From the NCBI GenBank assembly GCA_963692915.1, contig OY843584.1:544001-608000 (forward strand): a stretch of DNA of 64,000 nt. Reading direction: 5' to 3'. Under the pieces are notes generated by a model. It was not told the DNA's origin. It saw only the letters and a program-made list of their open reading frames with translations, and made no database searches. Below, piece by piece: positions 1 to 10,310 of this stretch. A program made the position numbers and the translations under genes. How positions within the stretch are numbered: the first letter of the stretch is position 1; each line of letters starts with the position of its first letter. The stretch is from Cenarchaeum sp. GTDB lineage: Archaea > Thermoproteota > Nitrososphaeria > Nitrososphaerales > Nitrosopumilaceae.

Positions 1-325
1 TGGCGCAGACGGCGCGAGAGAGGGTGAAGGCTCAAAGCAGGACAACGAGCCACGCGACAGGAGTGTTGTGCTCATCGGCATAAAGCCGATCATGACATAT
101 GTCACGGCAACGCTCACGCAGCTTGCCACGCTTCCAAAGATAACGATAAAAGCGCGCGGAAAGCGCATAACGCAGGCCGTGGACGTCTCGCAGATGATTG
201 TAAAGAGAATGAACACCGTTGGATACCAGATATCTGACGTTCGAATCGCCTCGGACAGCTTTACTGGCGAGGACGGGCGAAACCGCAAAATCTCCACAAT
301 GGAGATTGACATCATAAAGTCCTAG
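1..325 (+). CDS. DNA/RNA-binding protein Alba (5' end runs off window)
   Basis: IGIKPIMTYV...IKARGKRITQAVDV...ISTMEI Alba motifs; frame open to the window edge. Confidence 0.9.
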   Translation, partial: GADGAREGEGSKQDNEPRDRSVVLIGIKPIMTYVTATLTQLATLPKITIKARGKRITQAVDVSQMIVKRMNTVGYQISDVRIASDSFTGEDGRNRKISTMEIDIIKS

Positions 326-957
326 GCGCGTATAGCCTCTAGCGCAAACAGCACTCCAATTCCTGCCATTGTCACAACGAGCGCAATGTCTGTTACGCGG
401 CGCACGCGCCCCTGCATCACAGTTGAGCCCCTCCGTGCCAGCGCGGCAACTGCTGCGAGCCACACAATGTCCATGGGTATGTGCAGCGCAAAGAGGATCG
501 GCGGACCCCATGAGGAGAGTATGTCTGTAGAGTCGGTGACGAGCTTTAGGCCAACAGTTGCCCACCATGCCCAAAAGAACGGGTTGATCGCGCTTAGTGC
601 AGCACCCATTGCAAGCGCACTGTGCATGCCGGCGCGAGACTGGGCCTTTGAGCCCCTGTGCGATCCAAGGGTACTGCGCGCATGGATGGCTGCAAACGCA
701 AAGAGCCCTGCTGCGCCAAGCGCCGAGACTGCAGCATGCGCTCCGGGGACTGACCCGAGCGGCACGATTCCTGCCCCGAGCGCAATGACGAGGGGCAGCT
801 CGATGGCAGCGTGACCAATCGCAAGAAGGACTCCGGCACGCATGCCGCCGCCGCGCATTCCGAGGGCGATGCCGGCGGCAAGAAGCGGTCCGGGCGCGAG
901 TGCGCCAGAGATGGACACGGCTGCAACGGTGGCCGCAAACGGCCCTAGGGCTTCCAA
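322..957 (-). CDS. LysE family translocator
   Basis: ISGALAPGP and INPFFWAWW motifs; multiple hydrophobic segments. Confidence 0.85.
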   Translation of the reverse strand: MEALGPFAATVAAVSISGALAPGPLLAAGIALGMRGGGMRAGVLLAIGHAAIELPLVIALGAGIVPLGSVPGAHAAVSALGAAGLFAFAAIHARSTLGSHRGSKAQSRAGMHSALAMGAALSAINPFFWAWWATVGLKLVTDSTDILSSWGPPILFALHIPMDIVWLAAVAALARRGSTVMQGRVRRVTDIALVVTMAGIGVLFALEAIRA

Positions 958-960
958 CTT

Positions 961-1692
961 CTAGCCGTACATTCCGCGCTTTAGCACGCCCTCGCCGGAT
1001 TCAGTCTTGGCCTCGCGAATTGCAAGCTCGGCCTTTTCGGCCTCTGCCTGTAGCGTCGCCATGTCGCACGCCGTGCCGGGCACTAGCCGTGACATTGCCG
1101 TGCACAGGAGCGCACCTGCACGATAGTCTGCGCCTTCGTGCGTGGGGTTGAATAGCACCACAATGACGTTCTGGCTGTTGAGTGCGCCATAGTTGAGCAG
1201 CGATCCGGGTATTCCTGTCACCATTCCGGTTTCCATGACCTCCATTGACGCATCTGATATCTTTTTTCGCGCGTCATCCGTGCTGCCTGCTGCCATGATC
1301 TTTCCCTCTGGCATCTGCGTCCCGACTGCAACACTGCTGACTATCCACGAGACCTTGTGATCGCGCGCCCACCTGAGCATCATGCGCGCTATGGGCTTGT
1401 GCTCTGAGGCCGGAAGCGAGAGATATGAGGAAAAGACTGCGACCTTTATCTTGCTGTTGGCAAACACGCGAGTTGGATGAAATGGCCGCGAGTTCTGAAC
1501 CATGCTCACCGGCGGAAACTTGTCCGAGTCAATCGTCGCGACGGGGGTGAACTTCATCGTGTTTATGAGCGATGCCGAGGCGATTGCGCTCGTGTGCCCA
1601 GTTGAGGGAAACCCGTCTATGAGGTAGCCGCCCTCAACGTCTGTGGATTCTAGCTCGTTTATGTGGTACCTTTGGTTCGTGAGCCGCCGCAA
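961..1692 (-). CDS. PAC2 family proteasome assembly chaperone
   Basis: LIDGFPSTGHTSAIA, SDKFPPVS, GMVTGIPGSLL. Confidence 0.8.
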   Translation of the reverse strand: MRRLTNQRYHINELESTDVEGGYLIDGFPSTGHTSAIASASLINTMKFTPVATIDSDKFPPVSMVQNSRPFHPTRVFANSKIKVAVFSSYLSLPASEHKPIARMMLRWARDHKVSWIVSSVAVGTQMPEGKIMAAGSTDDARKKISDASMEVMETGMVTGIPGSLLNYGALNSQNVIVVLFNPTHEGADYRAGALLCTAMSRLVPGTACDMATLQAEAEKAELAIREAKTESGEGVLKRGMYG

Positions 1693-1713
1693 GCGACCAA
1701 CAATAATAGTATT

Positions 1714-2673
1714 TCACCCATCACGGCGACCTTCCATGCGCTCCAGGAGGGCCGCATAGAGAAACGGCAGTGCCACCGTGGCCTCGGCGTGGAGCGTCGC
1801 CTGCCGCGCCCCCTTTGCAACCTTTCCCCACGACACGGCTTCTCTGACCGGTGCGCCGCTCAGACTGCCGTCGTGCTCATCAGCAGTAGTCACGTACAGC
1901 GCATAGTCGAGGCCACCACGGTACTGGTTCCACCATAGCGTGTGGTGCTTTGATATCCCGCCGCCCACCATGAGTGCACCTGACCTCTTTGCGCCAAACA
2001 CTAGCCCTGAGAGCATCTCAGAGTCCCTCACTATGTCGAGCGCAAACTCCGCATGTCCCTGGCAGAACGTCCAGACCTGGCTGCCAACGGCACCGTCCAT
2101 TATTCCTGGCACGATCACGGGTATGCCATTCTTGGCTGCCCAGTGCAGGAACGAGTCCTCGCCCGTGTGCTCACCGATAATCCTGGTCACGTCGGCAGTG
2201 GAGACAGAGCGCGTGCCCGAGTCGTACTCTGCGGCCAGGAACCCTTGCATCTTTTCCTCGATCAGCGTTCCATAGCTTGACGCGGGCACAAGAACGCTGC
2301 CTAGGCGGTGGATGTCCTGGTCTGCGAGCTCCGAGTCATCCATCGTGAACGAGCCGGCGTTATAGTCAGCAAACGAGCGTGCAAGGTCATGGTCCAGCGC
2401 GCCACACGTCGTGATAATGACATCAAACATGCGCCTCTTTGCCATGTCGCGCATGATGCCGCGTAGGCCAGTTGACATTGTCGCGCCCACAAACGAGAGG
2501 AACTTTAGGCATTTGTCGTCTGATTCCATATCATGGAGTATGTCGAGTCCTGCGGCCATGTTTATGGACTCAAATCCGCCCGAGCCGGCCATCTCGGATA
2601 TTATCCCCGCCGGTGACGAGTTGGCGCGTATGCTAATGTCCTTGACGGCATCGCCGAGCTCAACCATGCGCAC
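1714..2673 (-). CDS. dys: Deoxyhypusine synthase
   Basis: IITTCGALDHD, GGGISKHH, DGSLSGAPVREAVSWGK. Confidence 0.95.
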   Translation of the reverse strand: MRMVELGDAVKDISIRANSSPAGIISEMAGSGGFESINMAAGLDILHDMESDDKCLKFLSFVGATMSTGLRGIMRDMAKRRMFDVIITTCGALDHDLARSFADYNAGSFTMDDSELADQDIHRLGSVLVPASSYGTLIEEKMQGFLAAEYDSGTRSVSTADVTRIIGEHTGEDSFLHWAAKNGIPVIVPGIMDGAVGSQVWTFCQGHAEFALDIVRDSEMLSGLVFGAKRSGALMVGGGISKHHTLWWNQYRGGLDYALYVTTADEHDGSLSGAPVREAVSWGKVAKGARQATLHAEATVALPFLYAALLERMEGRRDG

Positions 2674-2940
2674 GCCGCAAAGACGCCGGTAATAAAACCC
2701 TGACTAGGCGTGACGCCTTTGGGGGCACGCGCAGCGGCGCAAAGTCTGAACTTTGGCATGGCAGCTCTGATCGCCACATGGTCATGCGATGTGGCCGATA
2801 CGGCAGACACTCGTTGAGTTGCATGCCCGCGACCCCCTGTTCGCGCACATGCCCTGCTTGGGGCCGATTTGGATCCGGTGCGCACGGTCGTCTTGGAACG
2901 GCACGCGCCTATAACTTAAATTGAGCCTAATGTCCCACCG

Positions 2941-4041
2941 TTGACATTGGCAGACAAGATCAAGGTTGCCCTCGTGGGCATTGGAAACTGCTTTGCGGGT
3001 CTCATACAGGGAATAGAGTACTATCGGCGCAACCCCACGCAAGAGGTTATTGGCATAATCCACGACAAGATCGCCGGCCGCGGAATTCATGACATTGAGT
3101 TTGTGTGCGGCTTTGATGTGGGGGACAACAAGGTCGGCTCGACGATAAACGAAGCCATATACTCCAAGCCAAACATGGTCACCTGGATACCCAGGGATGA
3201 GATGCCCAAGACGAGCGCAACGGTCTACGAGGCACCCGCGCTTGACGGTGTTGGCATATGGGTTCACAACCGCATAAACCCGATCAAGAGCGACACGAGT
3301 GTGGAGGAGCTTGGCGAGACGGCAAGAAAGGTGCTGCGCGAGACGGGAGCTGAGGTTCTCGTGTCATACCTTCCCGTGGGTTCCGAGGAGGCCACAAAGT
3401 TCTGGGCACAGGTGTGCCTTGACACAAAGACGGCGTTTGTCAACTGCATCCCGTCGTTTATCGCGTCAGATGAGACATGGGCGAAAAAGTTTGCTGAGCG
3501 CGGCGTGCCCGTTATCGGTGATGACATCAAGGGGCAGGTTGGCGCAACGATCGTCCATCGCACGCTTGCAAAGCTGTGCAATGACCGCGGAACAAAAATA
3601 GAAAAGACATACCAGATCAACGTGGGGGGAAATACTGACTTTTTGAACATGAAGGAGCAGGATCGGCTTGTGAGCAAAAGGATCTCAAAGACCGAGAGCG
3701 TACAGAGCCAGCTTGATGAGCGGCTGGATGATGACAACATATACGTCGGCCCATCGGACTTTATACCGTTTCTTGGCAACACAAAGCTCATGTTTATGCG
3801 AATAGAGGGCAGACAGTGGGCAAACATCCCGTATAACATGGAGGTTCGGCTCGATGTTGATGACAAGGCCAACTCGGCGGGAATCGTCATCGATGCGATC
3901 CGGCTCGCAAAGCTTGCGCTCGAGCAGGGGATTGGAGGGCCAGTCCATGAGGCGTGCGCATATCTCATGAAGCACCCGCCGCGCCAGATGGGCGACCAGG
4001 ATGCGCGCAGGGCGTGCGACGAGCTAATCTCGGGCGCCTAG
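2941..4041 (+). CDS. ino1: myo-inositol-1-phosphate synthase
   Basis: VGIGNC, IGDDIKGQVGAT, NVGGNTDFLNM, SKTESV. Confidence 0.95.
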   Translation: MTLADKIKVALVGIGNCFAGLIQGIEYYRRNPTQEVIGIIHDKIAGRGIHDIEFVCGFDVGDNKVGSTINEAIYSKPNMVTWIPRDEMPKTSATVYEAPALDGVGIWVHNRINPIKSDTSVEELGETARKVLRETGAEVLVSYLPVGSEEATKFWAQVCLDTKTAFVNCIPSFIASDETWAKKFAERGVPVIGDDIKGQVGATIVHRTLAKLCNDRGTKIEKTYQINVGGNTDFLNMKEQDRLVSKRISKTESVQSQLDERLDDDNIYVGPSDFIPFLGNTKLMFMRIEGRQWANIPYNMEVRLDVDDKANSAGIVIDAIRLAKLALEQGIGGPVHEACAYLMKHPPRQMGDQDARRACDELISGA

Positions 4042-4653
4042 CGCGGCGCGGAGGCTCTCGGAGAGTGACGGCTTGTCTGGCTGCGCAATGACATAGTCGA
4101 GGTCATCGCGCGTGTCGACATCTAGCATTACCCTGCGGACCAGGGCAAGCGTCGTGCGCAGGCCTGCCGCATGGGCAGTCGCGACGTGTATCCTGTGGCT
4201 GTCCTCGTCATAGTGCGTCTCGTGCGCGCATGGCGGCGAGCGCACGAGGGCGTTGGTCCCGTCGAGGCGCCTCGAGGGCACCACGAGGGAGCCGTGCTGC
4301 GGGGCCAGGCGCAGTATGGCGTCAATGTCGCCGGCCTCCACGAGGGGTATGTCCTGGGGGATGACTAGCGATGCCCCATAGTCGCCGGCCACGCCGTCAG
4401 CGAGCGAGACAGCCCCATTGACACCGGCCTCGCGTGGCTCGTCGACGACCTCGGCGCCTGCCCTTGATGCGACAGACGCCGCACGCGCGTCTCCGGTGAC
4501 GACGACTGTTGCTGACACCTGCGAGGAGACGACGGCGTCTAGGACAGATCCGAGCATTGTCTCGCACACTGCCTCGCGTGCCGCACGGCTGGCGTCTAGC
4601 CGGGACTTTGCGCGCGCGAATGACTTTACGGGTATGATTGCCACGGCGTCCAT
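4024..4653 (-). CDS. cofC: 2-phospho-L-lactate guanylyltransferase (F420 biosynthesis)
   Basis: IIPVKSFARAKSRL, DGTNAL, LDVDTRDDL; adjacent to cofD. Confidence 0.92.
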   Translation of the reverse strand: MDAVAIIPVKSFARAKSRLDASRAAREAVCETMLGSVLDAVVSSQVSATVVVTGDARAASVASRAGAEVVDEPREAGVNGAVSLADGVAGDYGASLVIPQDIPLVEAGDIDAILRLAPQHGSLVVPSRRLDGTNALVRSPPCAHETHYDEDSHRIHVATAHAAGLRTTLALVRRVMLDVDTRDDLDYVIAQPDKPSLSESLRAALGARD

Positions 4654-4659
4654 TATGTC

Positions 4660-5577
4660 CTAGCGTGCCTGCTTTAGGACAAACGCCGCCAGTGCCTTCT
4701 CGGCCTGCCTGTTCTTCATCACTATCTTTGCGGTATGCACGTTCATGTCGATGTTGGACATCTTGTTGACAAGTGCCTTGTCCTTTGTGTCGACCACTAT
4801 TGACGAGCACGCGTGCGCGTACATTTTTGCGACGCCGAGTGCGCTAACCTCTATTCCGGCTGCCTCCATGTACTGTGCGGCCGGCCCGCTCACGGCCTCG
4901 TTGCCGACGATGGGGCTCACGGCAATTGTCTTTTTTCGCGCCCGTGCTAGATCCTTCCGTATTGCCTGCAGCTTTAGTATTGGCCCAATGCTAGTCAGCG
5001 GGTTTCCTGGCGCAATGACCACAAGCTTTGAGTCCTGTATTGCGCGGCTGACCTCGGGATTTGGACGTGCCCTGTCGGCTCCATCATAGCGTATTCCTGT
5101 GACAGGCTCGCGCCCCTTGTGCTTTACCCAGTACTCCTGTATGTGCATGTCGCCTTTTTTGGTCGATATTATCGTCTCAACCTTGCTGTCAGTGGATGGC
5201 ATGACATTGACGTTTATCGCAAATCTGCCGCACATCCACCTCGTTATCTCGCTGAGATTCTTGCCGTTCTTTAGCATGTTCGTCCTCATCAAGTGCGTTG
5301 CCGCATCGCGGTCGCCTATGCGAAACCACGTCTCTTCCCCAAATGCCTCCATCTGGCGCAAAAAGTTGAACGAGTCCTTTCGGATTCCCCACCCCTTGTC
5401 ACGGTCGAGGAGGTCGGCTAGGCCGTACACGGTGGTGTCAATGTCAGGGCAGATGTACATGTCGTACATCCACAGGTTGTCGCCCACGTTGCACACGACA
5501 TTGACGTCGCTCTCGCACGCGGCAAGACCCCGTACGAGCTTTATTGATCCCGTGCCACCTGCAAGTACCGTTATCGT
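4660..5577 (-). CDS. cofD: 2-phospho-L-lactate transferase (F420 biosynthesis); apparent ACG start
   Basis: Frame extends upstream of the ORF call to ITVLAGGTGSIKLVRGL; NVGDN, CPDIDT, PGNPLTSIGPIL. Confidence 0.93.
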   Translation of the reverse strand, partial: TITVLAGGTGSIKLVRGLAACESDVNVVCNVGDNLWMYDMYICPDIDTTVYGLADLLDRDKGWGIRKDSFNFLRQMEAFGEETWFRIGDRDAATHLMRTNMLKNGKNLSEITRWMCGRFAINVNVMPSTDSKVETIISTKKGDMHIQEYWVKHKGREPVTGIRYDGADRARPNPEVSRAIQDSKLVVIAPGNPLTSIGPILKLQAIRKDLARARKKTIAVSPIVGNEAVSGPAAQYMEAAGIEVSALGVAKMYAHACSSIVVDTKDKALVNKMSNIDMNVHTAKIVMKNRQAEKALAAFVLKQAR

Positions 5578-5690
5578 GTGCTCTTCACGCTCCTAGAACG
5601 GGCAAACGTGCCGCACGGGCAAATATTACCCTTTTCAGGGCCGGCAGCGCCCAACAAGGTTTATTAGCGCACGCACGCGCACGAGGCGCG

Positions 5691-6917
5691 ATGAGCAGCA
5701 TGGCGGTGCCCGTTGCACTCGTGGCATCCCTCATGGTCATGGTTCCGTCTGCCTGGGGCGCGACGCTCACGGCCTTTATCGATCCGCAGGACAACGAGGC
5801 GACCTTCAAGCTCAGCTACCTCCAGACGTTCACGATACGCCATGACTCGCAGGGCGAGCTCGCCGGCCTCCTTGAGGGCCAAGAGTGGGTGATCGACGAA
5901 AAGTTCAGCTCTGGCAATCCTGGCGTCACCGAGCTCGCCGAGCGCATCAACAGCGGCATACTTGACAACCGCAGCACAGTCAGGGTCTCTGACCTCGAAA
6001 TTGCCTACAAGGCATCGCTAGTCGAGCGCGAAAAGTCCTCTGACATCAACTACAACCTCCTGATCTCCGGTGCCCTCGTGGACTTTGTCATAAAGGAGGA
6101 GGATCCGAGGAATCCGGGCATCATCGACATGGGATGGAGGCACTTTGACATTGCCGGCCCGATCGTCGTCGACGGCATTGACGTCAACACGCCAATTGCG
6201 GCGATTGAGGACAACTCTCCTGGCGTTTATGCCGCAATAGAGGGCAGTGTGGCCGGCGACTTGCTCTCTGAGAGCCTCATGCAGGCAGAGGGCTTTTCTG
6301 ATCCGCTCGACGTGTGGCACTTTCTCGTTGACCCCACGGGAATCAGCATAGACGCCAACCAGTTTGGGCTCAGCGAGGATATCGCCGGCAAGGTCATCTC
6401 AAAGTACACGCTTGGCGAGAGCAGCATACGCGAGGGCCGCAAGACTGACGAGCTCATCAACATGCCCTTTACGCTGGATCGCGAGTACTATATACGCACG
6501 ATAAACACCATCGACATAGCCGAGACTGCCGTCGTCGGCTATACGTCAATATCCTCACTCGATGACCTCGAGACGCTTGGGTTCTCGTTTAGCGACCCGA
6601 TTGGAACGACCACCGCAACGGGGGCATTCCCAGTGTTTATCGTGTATGGCATGGCCGCAATGGCCGCAGTCGGCGCCGGAATGTTCTTCTTTATCAGCAG
6701 CAGGCAGCTAAAGAAGGAAAAGGGCGCAACGCAGACTGGCATTGACCCGTCAAACCTCCAGGCCTCGGCGACTAGCACTGCTGCCGGCGGATACCAGACG
6801 AACAGGGGAGAGTCACAGCTCCGCTCTGACTATGACTCTGGCTCGTCGTCCTCGCCGGAGCTCACCGAGCCGGACACGACGCGCGGCTCTATGCCAAAGG
6901 GCTGGGAAAAGAAATAG
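5691..6917 (+). CDS. Secreted/membrane-anchored protein with acidic ectodomain
   Basis: N-terminal signal-like segment, C-terminal TM helix and cytoplasmic tail. Confidence 0.75.
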   Translation: MSSMAVPVALVASLMVMVPSAWGATLTAFIDPQDNEATFKLSYLQTFTIRHDSQGELAGLLEGQEWVIDEKFSSGNPGVTELAERINSGILDNRSTVRVSDLEIAYKASLVEREKSSDINYNLLISGALVDFVIKEEDPRNPGIIDMGWRHFDIAGPIVVDGIDVNTPIAAIEDNSPGVYAAIEGSVAGDLLSESLMQAEGFSDPLDVWHFLVDPTGISIDANQFGLSEDIAGKVISKYTLGESSIREGRKTDELINMPFTLDREYYIRTINTIDIAETAVVGYTSISSLDDLETLGFSFSDPIGTTTATGAFPVFIVYGMAAMAAVGAGMFFFISSRQLKKEKGATQTGIDPSNLQASATSTAAGGYQTNRGESQLRSDYDSGSSSSPELTEPDTTRGSMPKGWEKK

Positions 6918-7200
6918 GTGCGTGCCAGGAGTAACCCTCCTTCTGTTCTGGCGACATTTGGCTATGCGGCCTACCCGAGCCTGCTGCAGGGTGCTGGGGC
7001 TCTGTCTGGCCTTGCTCCGCGCGGGACAGCCGTTCCATTCCGGCTCCGGAAACCTCAGGCACAGCCGTCACGGTGCGCCGGGCCGGATTCGTTTCTGTTC
7101 TGTTGCCGGCCATCTCTGGCCACCCATCTCCGGGTCGCGCTCCCTGCGTGGAGGGAGGAGTTTCCTCTGCGTTAGCAGCGTGTCGCTCTCTGGCTCGCAC
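6918..7200 (-). ncRNA. rnpB: RNase P RNA
   Basis: Minus strand has GAGGAAACTCC (7167-7157) and AACAGAAGGAGGGTTA (6947-6932) P4 signatures; termini GTGCGAGCCAG/CTGGCACGCAC form P1. Confidence 0.93.
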
Positions 7201-7264
7201 GCCCAAGGCCTGCACGAGGGGGCGTATATCGCTATCTCTGCACGCTAGAGCGTATTCTGTACTT

Positions 7265-7442
7265 TCAAATACTTAACAGTTGAGGGACGATGTACGATCA
7301 AATACTTAACAGTTGAGGGACGATGTACGATCAAATACTTAACAGTTGAGGGACGATGTACGATCAAATACTTAACAGTTGAGGGACGATGTACGATCAA
7401 ATACTTAACAGTTGAGGGACGATGTACGATCAAATACTTAAC
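7265..7442. repeat. Exact 33-bp tandem repeat, about 5.4 copies
   Basis: Unit TCAAATACTTAACAGTTGAGGGACGATGTACGA, no spacers. Confidence 0.97.
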
Positions 7443-7518
7443 TATATTTTATACATTTTTTATGCTTAAAAACTTTTAGACATGAAATTTGGAATAATAT
7501 ATAAACCAATTTGCATGC

Positions 7519-9045
7519 ATGACTGACATGAGCGCCGGACCCTGGACACCACAGTTGCTGCGAGACGTGAATCCGTGGTGGGAGCTGCCAGACGTGATAC
7601 GGCAGGATCGTGAGGTTAGGGCATGGCGTGATTCAGGTGAGCGCTATCGGCCTGCGCTCATGGGCGAGATGACGCTTGACTTTGAGTCTGATATGCAGGT
7701 GATCTACACGGTTCGAGGATCGCGCCAGGTGGGCAAGACGACAATGGTAAAGCTGCAGATCATGGATCTCCTGGATCAGGGGGTGGAACCGCAACGTTTG
7801 CTCTACTATTCGTTTGGCCCGCGTGCAACGCTTGACGAACTGTACGATGTCCTGCTGGGATACCTGCGCCTGAGCGAACGTGTCCGCGGTGATCGTAGAT
7901 GCTACATATTTCTCGATGAAATATCATATGTGCCAAAATGGCAAGAGGGACTAAAGGAGATCTCCAACATGGGACGCCTGGCAAATTGCACCATCGTGGC
8001 AACCGGCTCAAATGCCACTGACTTGACACGCGCAACTGAGACGCTTACGGGTCGTCTGGGGCTTGTTGAGGATGGAAACCACAAATCACTCCTTCCAATG
8101 CGCTTTAGGGAGTTTGTGTCAATTATGAACACCGATTTGTCTAAACTTATCACCTCTCACGGCCTCTCTGAGCATGATCGGGCGCATTCTGTGTTTATGG
8201 ACATCGCCACTGGATCCAATAATGAAGTTCTGAATCGGCTAGAGCTCCATATGACCGACCTGGATGTGCTTTTCATGCAATACATGGTGTGGGGTGGAAT
8301 ACCACATGTGGCAAACATGTGTCCCAATGGCATACCAAATCCGCTGTACAGGACATACTTGGATGGCATATTGCATGAATGGAAATTTCTTGGATACTCG
8401 ATTGATTCACTACGCGGCCTTGCGCCACATCTCGTGGATAGTGCGGGAAGCACTTTTTCGTGGAACAGCATGGCAGATGCGCTCTTGTGCTCCCGTCAGG
8501 AGTCCAAAGACCGCCTATGCGCGCTGCGTGACATGTATGTGATCTCGGTTATGGATAACTATAACGTGCATGGCAAGATTGCGCACCACCGCAAGTCCAA
8601 AAAGCTGCACTTTCGAGATCCGCTCTTTTACCACATCTTTGCCACGTTGTCTGGCAAACGCTCCTCTCCGTTTGAGCAGAGCAAGGCATGCGTGGACGAT
8701 CCCACTATTCGTGGCAAGGTGGCCGAGTGTGTGATGGCCGATCACCTCTCTCGCTTTGCCTACTCTGCATCGGTTCGAAAAGCGCTCTTTGATCCGTCCG
8801 ATTATGTTTACTATTGGAAGTCGGGGAGACACGAGGTGGACTTTGTGTATATTGGAAGCGATAACATCCCAATTCCAATTGAGGTAAAGTATCGCTCCAA
8901 GATCAACCACAAAAACTTTGACGGCATGGCAGAGTTTCTAAACGTTAGCGGCGCGGGGCGTGGAATTGTTGCCACACGACGAGAGTATGACATTCGGCGC
9001 GACTATGCGCTTGTTCCGCTGCCGATGCTGCTAATGCTGATGTGA
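7519..9045 (+). CDS. AAA_14/DUF4143-type ATPase with C-terminal PD-(D/E)xK-like domain
   Basis: NPWW, Walker A GSRQVGKTT, Walker B IFLDEI, TGS, LTGR, KLHFRDP, EVDFV...PIEVK. Confidence 0.88.
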   Translation: MTDMSAGPWTPQLLRDVNPWWELPDVIRQDREVRAWRDSGERYRPALMGEMTLDFESDMQVIYTVRGSRQVGKTTMVKLQIMDLLDQGVEPQRLLYYSFGPRATLDELYDVLLGYLRLSERVRGDRRCYIFLDEISYVPKWQEGLKEISNMGRLANCTIVATGSNATDLTRATETLTGRLGLVEDGNHKSLLPMRFREFVSIMNTDLSKLITSHGLSEHDRAHSVFMDIATGSNNEVLNRLELHMTDLDVLFMQYMVWGGIPHVANMCPNGIPNPLYRTYLDGILHEWKFLGYSIDSLRGLAPHLVDSAGSTFSWNSMADALLCSRQESKDRLCALRDMYVISVMDNYNVHGKIAHHRKSKKLHFRDPLFYHIFATLSGKRSSPFEQSKACVDDPTIRGKVAECVMADHLSRFAYSASVRKALFDPSDYVYYWKSGRHEVDFVYIGSDNIPIPIEVKYRSKINHKNFDGMAEFLNVSGAGRGIVATRREYDIRRDYALVPLPMLLMLM

Positions 9046-9079
9046 TTGCCGGCGCACATGATTGGCTGATGCTAGCCGG

Positions 9080-9586
9080 TCAGTTGAGTATCTTTAGGCT
9101 TCGGCACACCGCGTACAGGTTGCGCCTGAGGTTCTTGTCAAGCAGCGTCTCCATCTTTTGGCGGAGGCGAACCTTTGCGCGCTCGCGCTCGGCGCCGTCA
9201 GGCAGCGAGAGGACCTCGTTTATCAGCTCGGGGAGCGACTCACGAACCCACGCGTCGAGTATGGCATAGTCGCGCGGCGATATTGGCACAACGTCAGGCC
9301 CCTCGTCGAGGACTCCGGTGAACGGCTCGTGCTCTATGCGGTATATCAGGGCAAACACACAGTTTTCTGGCGTGGGCTCGCGGAGTATCTCCTCTGACCT
9401 CGAGCCGGCCTTTCCCTGCGCGACCTTGTTGCGCAGGCCCACGGGATCGATGAGCGCGCCGTTCACGCCTATCCTCCTGCCGTCGACTCCGGTCGCCACT
9501 CCCACAAAACACCTGACCGTCTCGCCGTCACGCACGCGCGCAAAGACGTGCGTTCCCTCGGAGATCCCGCGCTTTTTGCCAAACAT
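9080..9586 (-). CDS. Hypothetical protein
   Basis: ATG at 9586 (MFGKKRG...) with TATA-like TTAAATA upstream; genome-typical codon use. Confidence 0.7.
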   Translation of the reverse strand: MFGKKRGISEGTHVFARVRDGETVRCFVGVATGVDGRRIGVNGALIDPVGLRNKVAQGKAGSRSEEILREPTPENCVFALIYRIEHEPFTGVLDEGPDVVPISPRDYAILDAWVRESLPELINEVLSLPDGAERERAKVRLRQKMETLLDKNLRRNLYAVCRSLKILN

Positions 9587-9699
9587 TGCGCTAGTGCCGG
9601 CGCGTTTGTATTTAATCGCTCGCCGCACGGGGCGTTGTTTCATAACCACGCCTAGGTGCCATCCACGCAGGCCCCGCCCCGAGCGAGGCGCGTGGCTGC

Positions 9700-10310
9700 C
9701 GCGACCGAAACACAAATGGATCGGCTCGCGGGCAGGCAACGCGTTGGCCGGCGAAGCGGATGCAAAGTACGTTGACAGGGGAAGGATACTCGTCATGCCC
9801 GCCAGCACGGAGGTCGCGCGGCGCGAGCTCGCCGAGGCGAGCAGGAAAAAGCCCGGCAGACCGTTCCTCTGCCCGAAGTCGCTCGTCATCCAGCTCGCCC
9901 TGGTGCGCGCCCTGTTCGGCGTCTGCCACAGGGAGCTGGAGGAGCTCCTCGCCGAGTCCCTGCACGGCGAGTTTGGTATCGGGTTCGTCCAGATATGGCG
10001 CAGGGTGTCGGGGTCGACGTCGGGTTCTCATCGCGCGACGGCTTGTTCACGTTCAACAACTCGCTCACCAGCGACGCCGGGGAAACCGAGGTCGCGTTTG
10101 ACGGCACGGCCTCAGGTAGGGAGGAGCGGCGCGTGGAAGCTGGAGAAGTGGAAGGTTCGTTTCGGCTTCGTCAGGCTCACGCTGGCAGTCCACGCCGAGG
10201 ACAAGATGATCATCGCCATGACGGTGACGGGCGACGCGACGTCGAAACTCTCGCAGTTCCCAAAGCTGCTGCGCGCGGTGGTGGACGCGCGCGCAGTTCG
10301 TCAGGACGCG
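9700..10310 (+). mobile_element. Degenerate IS5-family transposase remnant
   Basis: KPGRPFLCP, IWRRV, frameshifted AFDGT, GAWKLEKWKVRFGFVRLTLAV...IIAMTVT; C-terminal DDE part missing. Confidence 0.7.

Noticed and set aside
6742-7276. Several overlapping ORFs
   Set aside because: Explained by the GC-rich RNase P RNA gene
7265-7442. CRISPR array
   Set aside because: Units are contiguous and identical with no unique spacers, and there are no cas genes; the same holds for the 23-bp and 12-bp arrays
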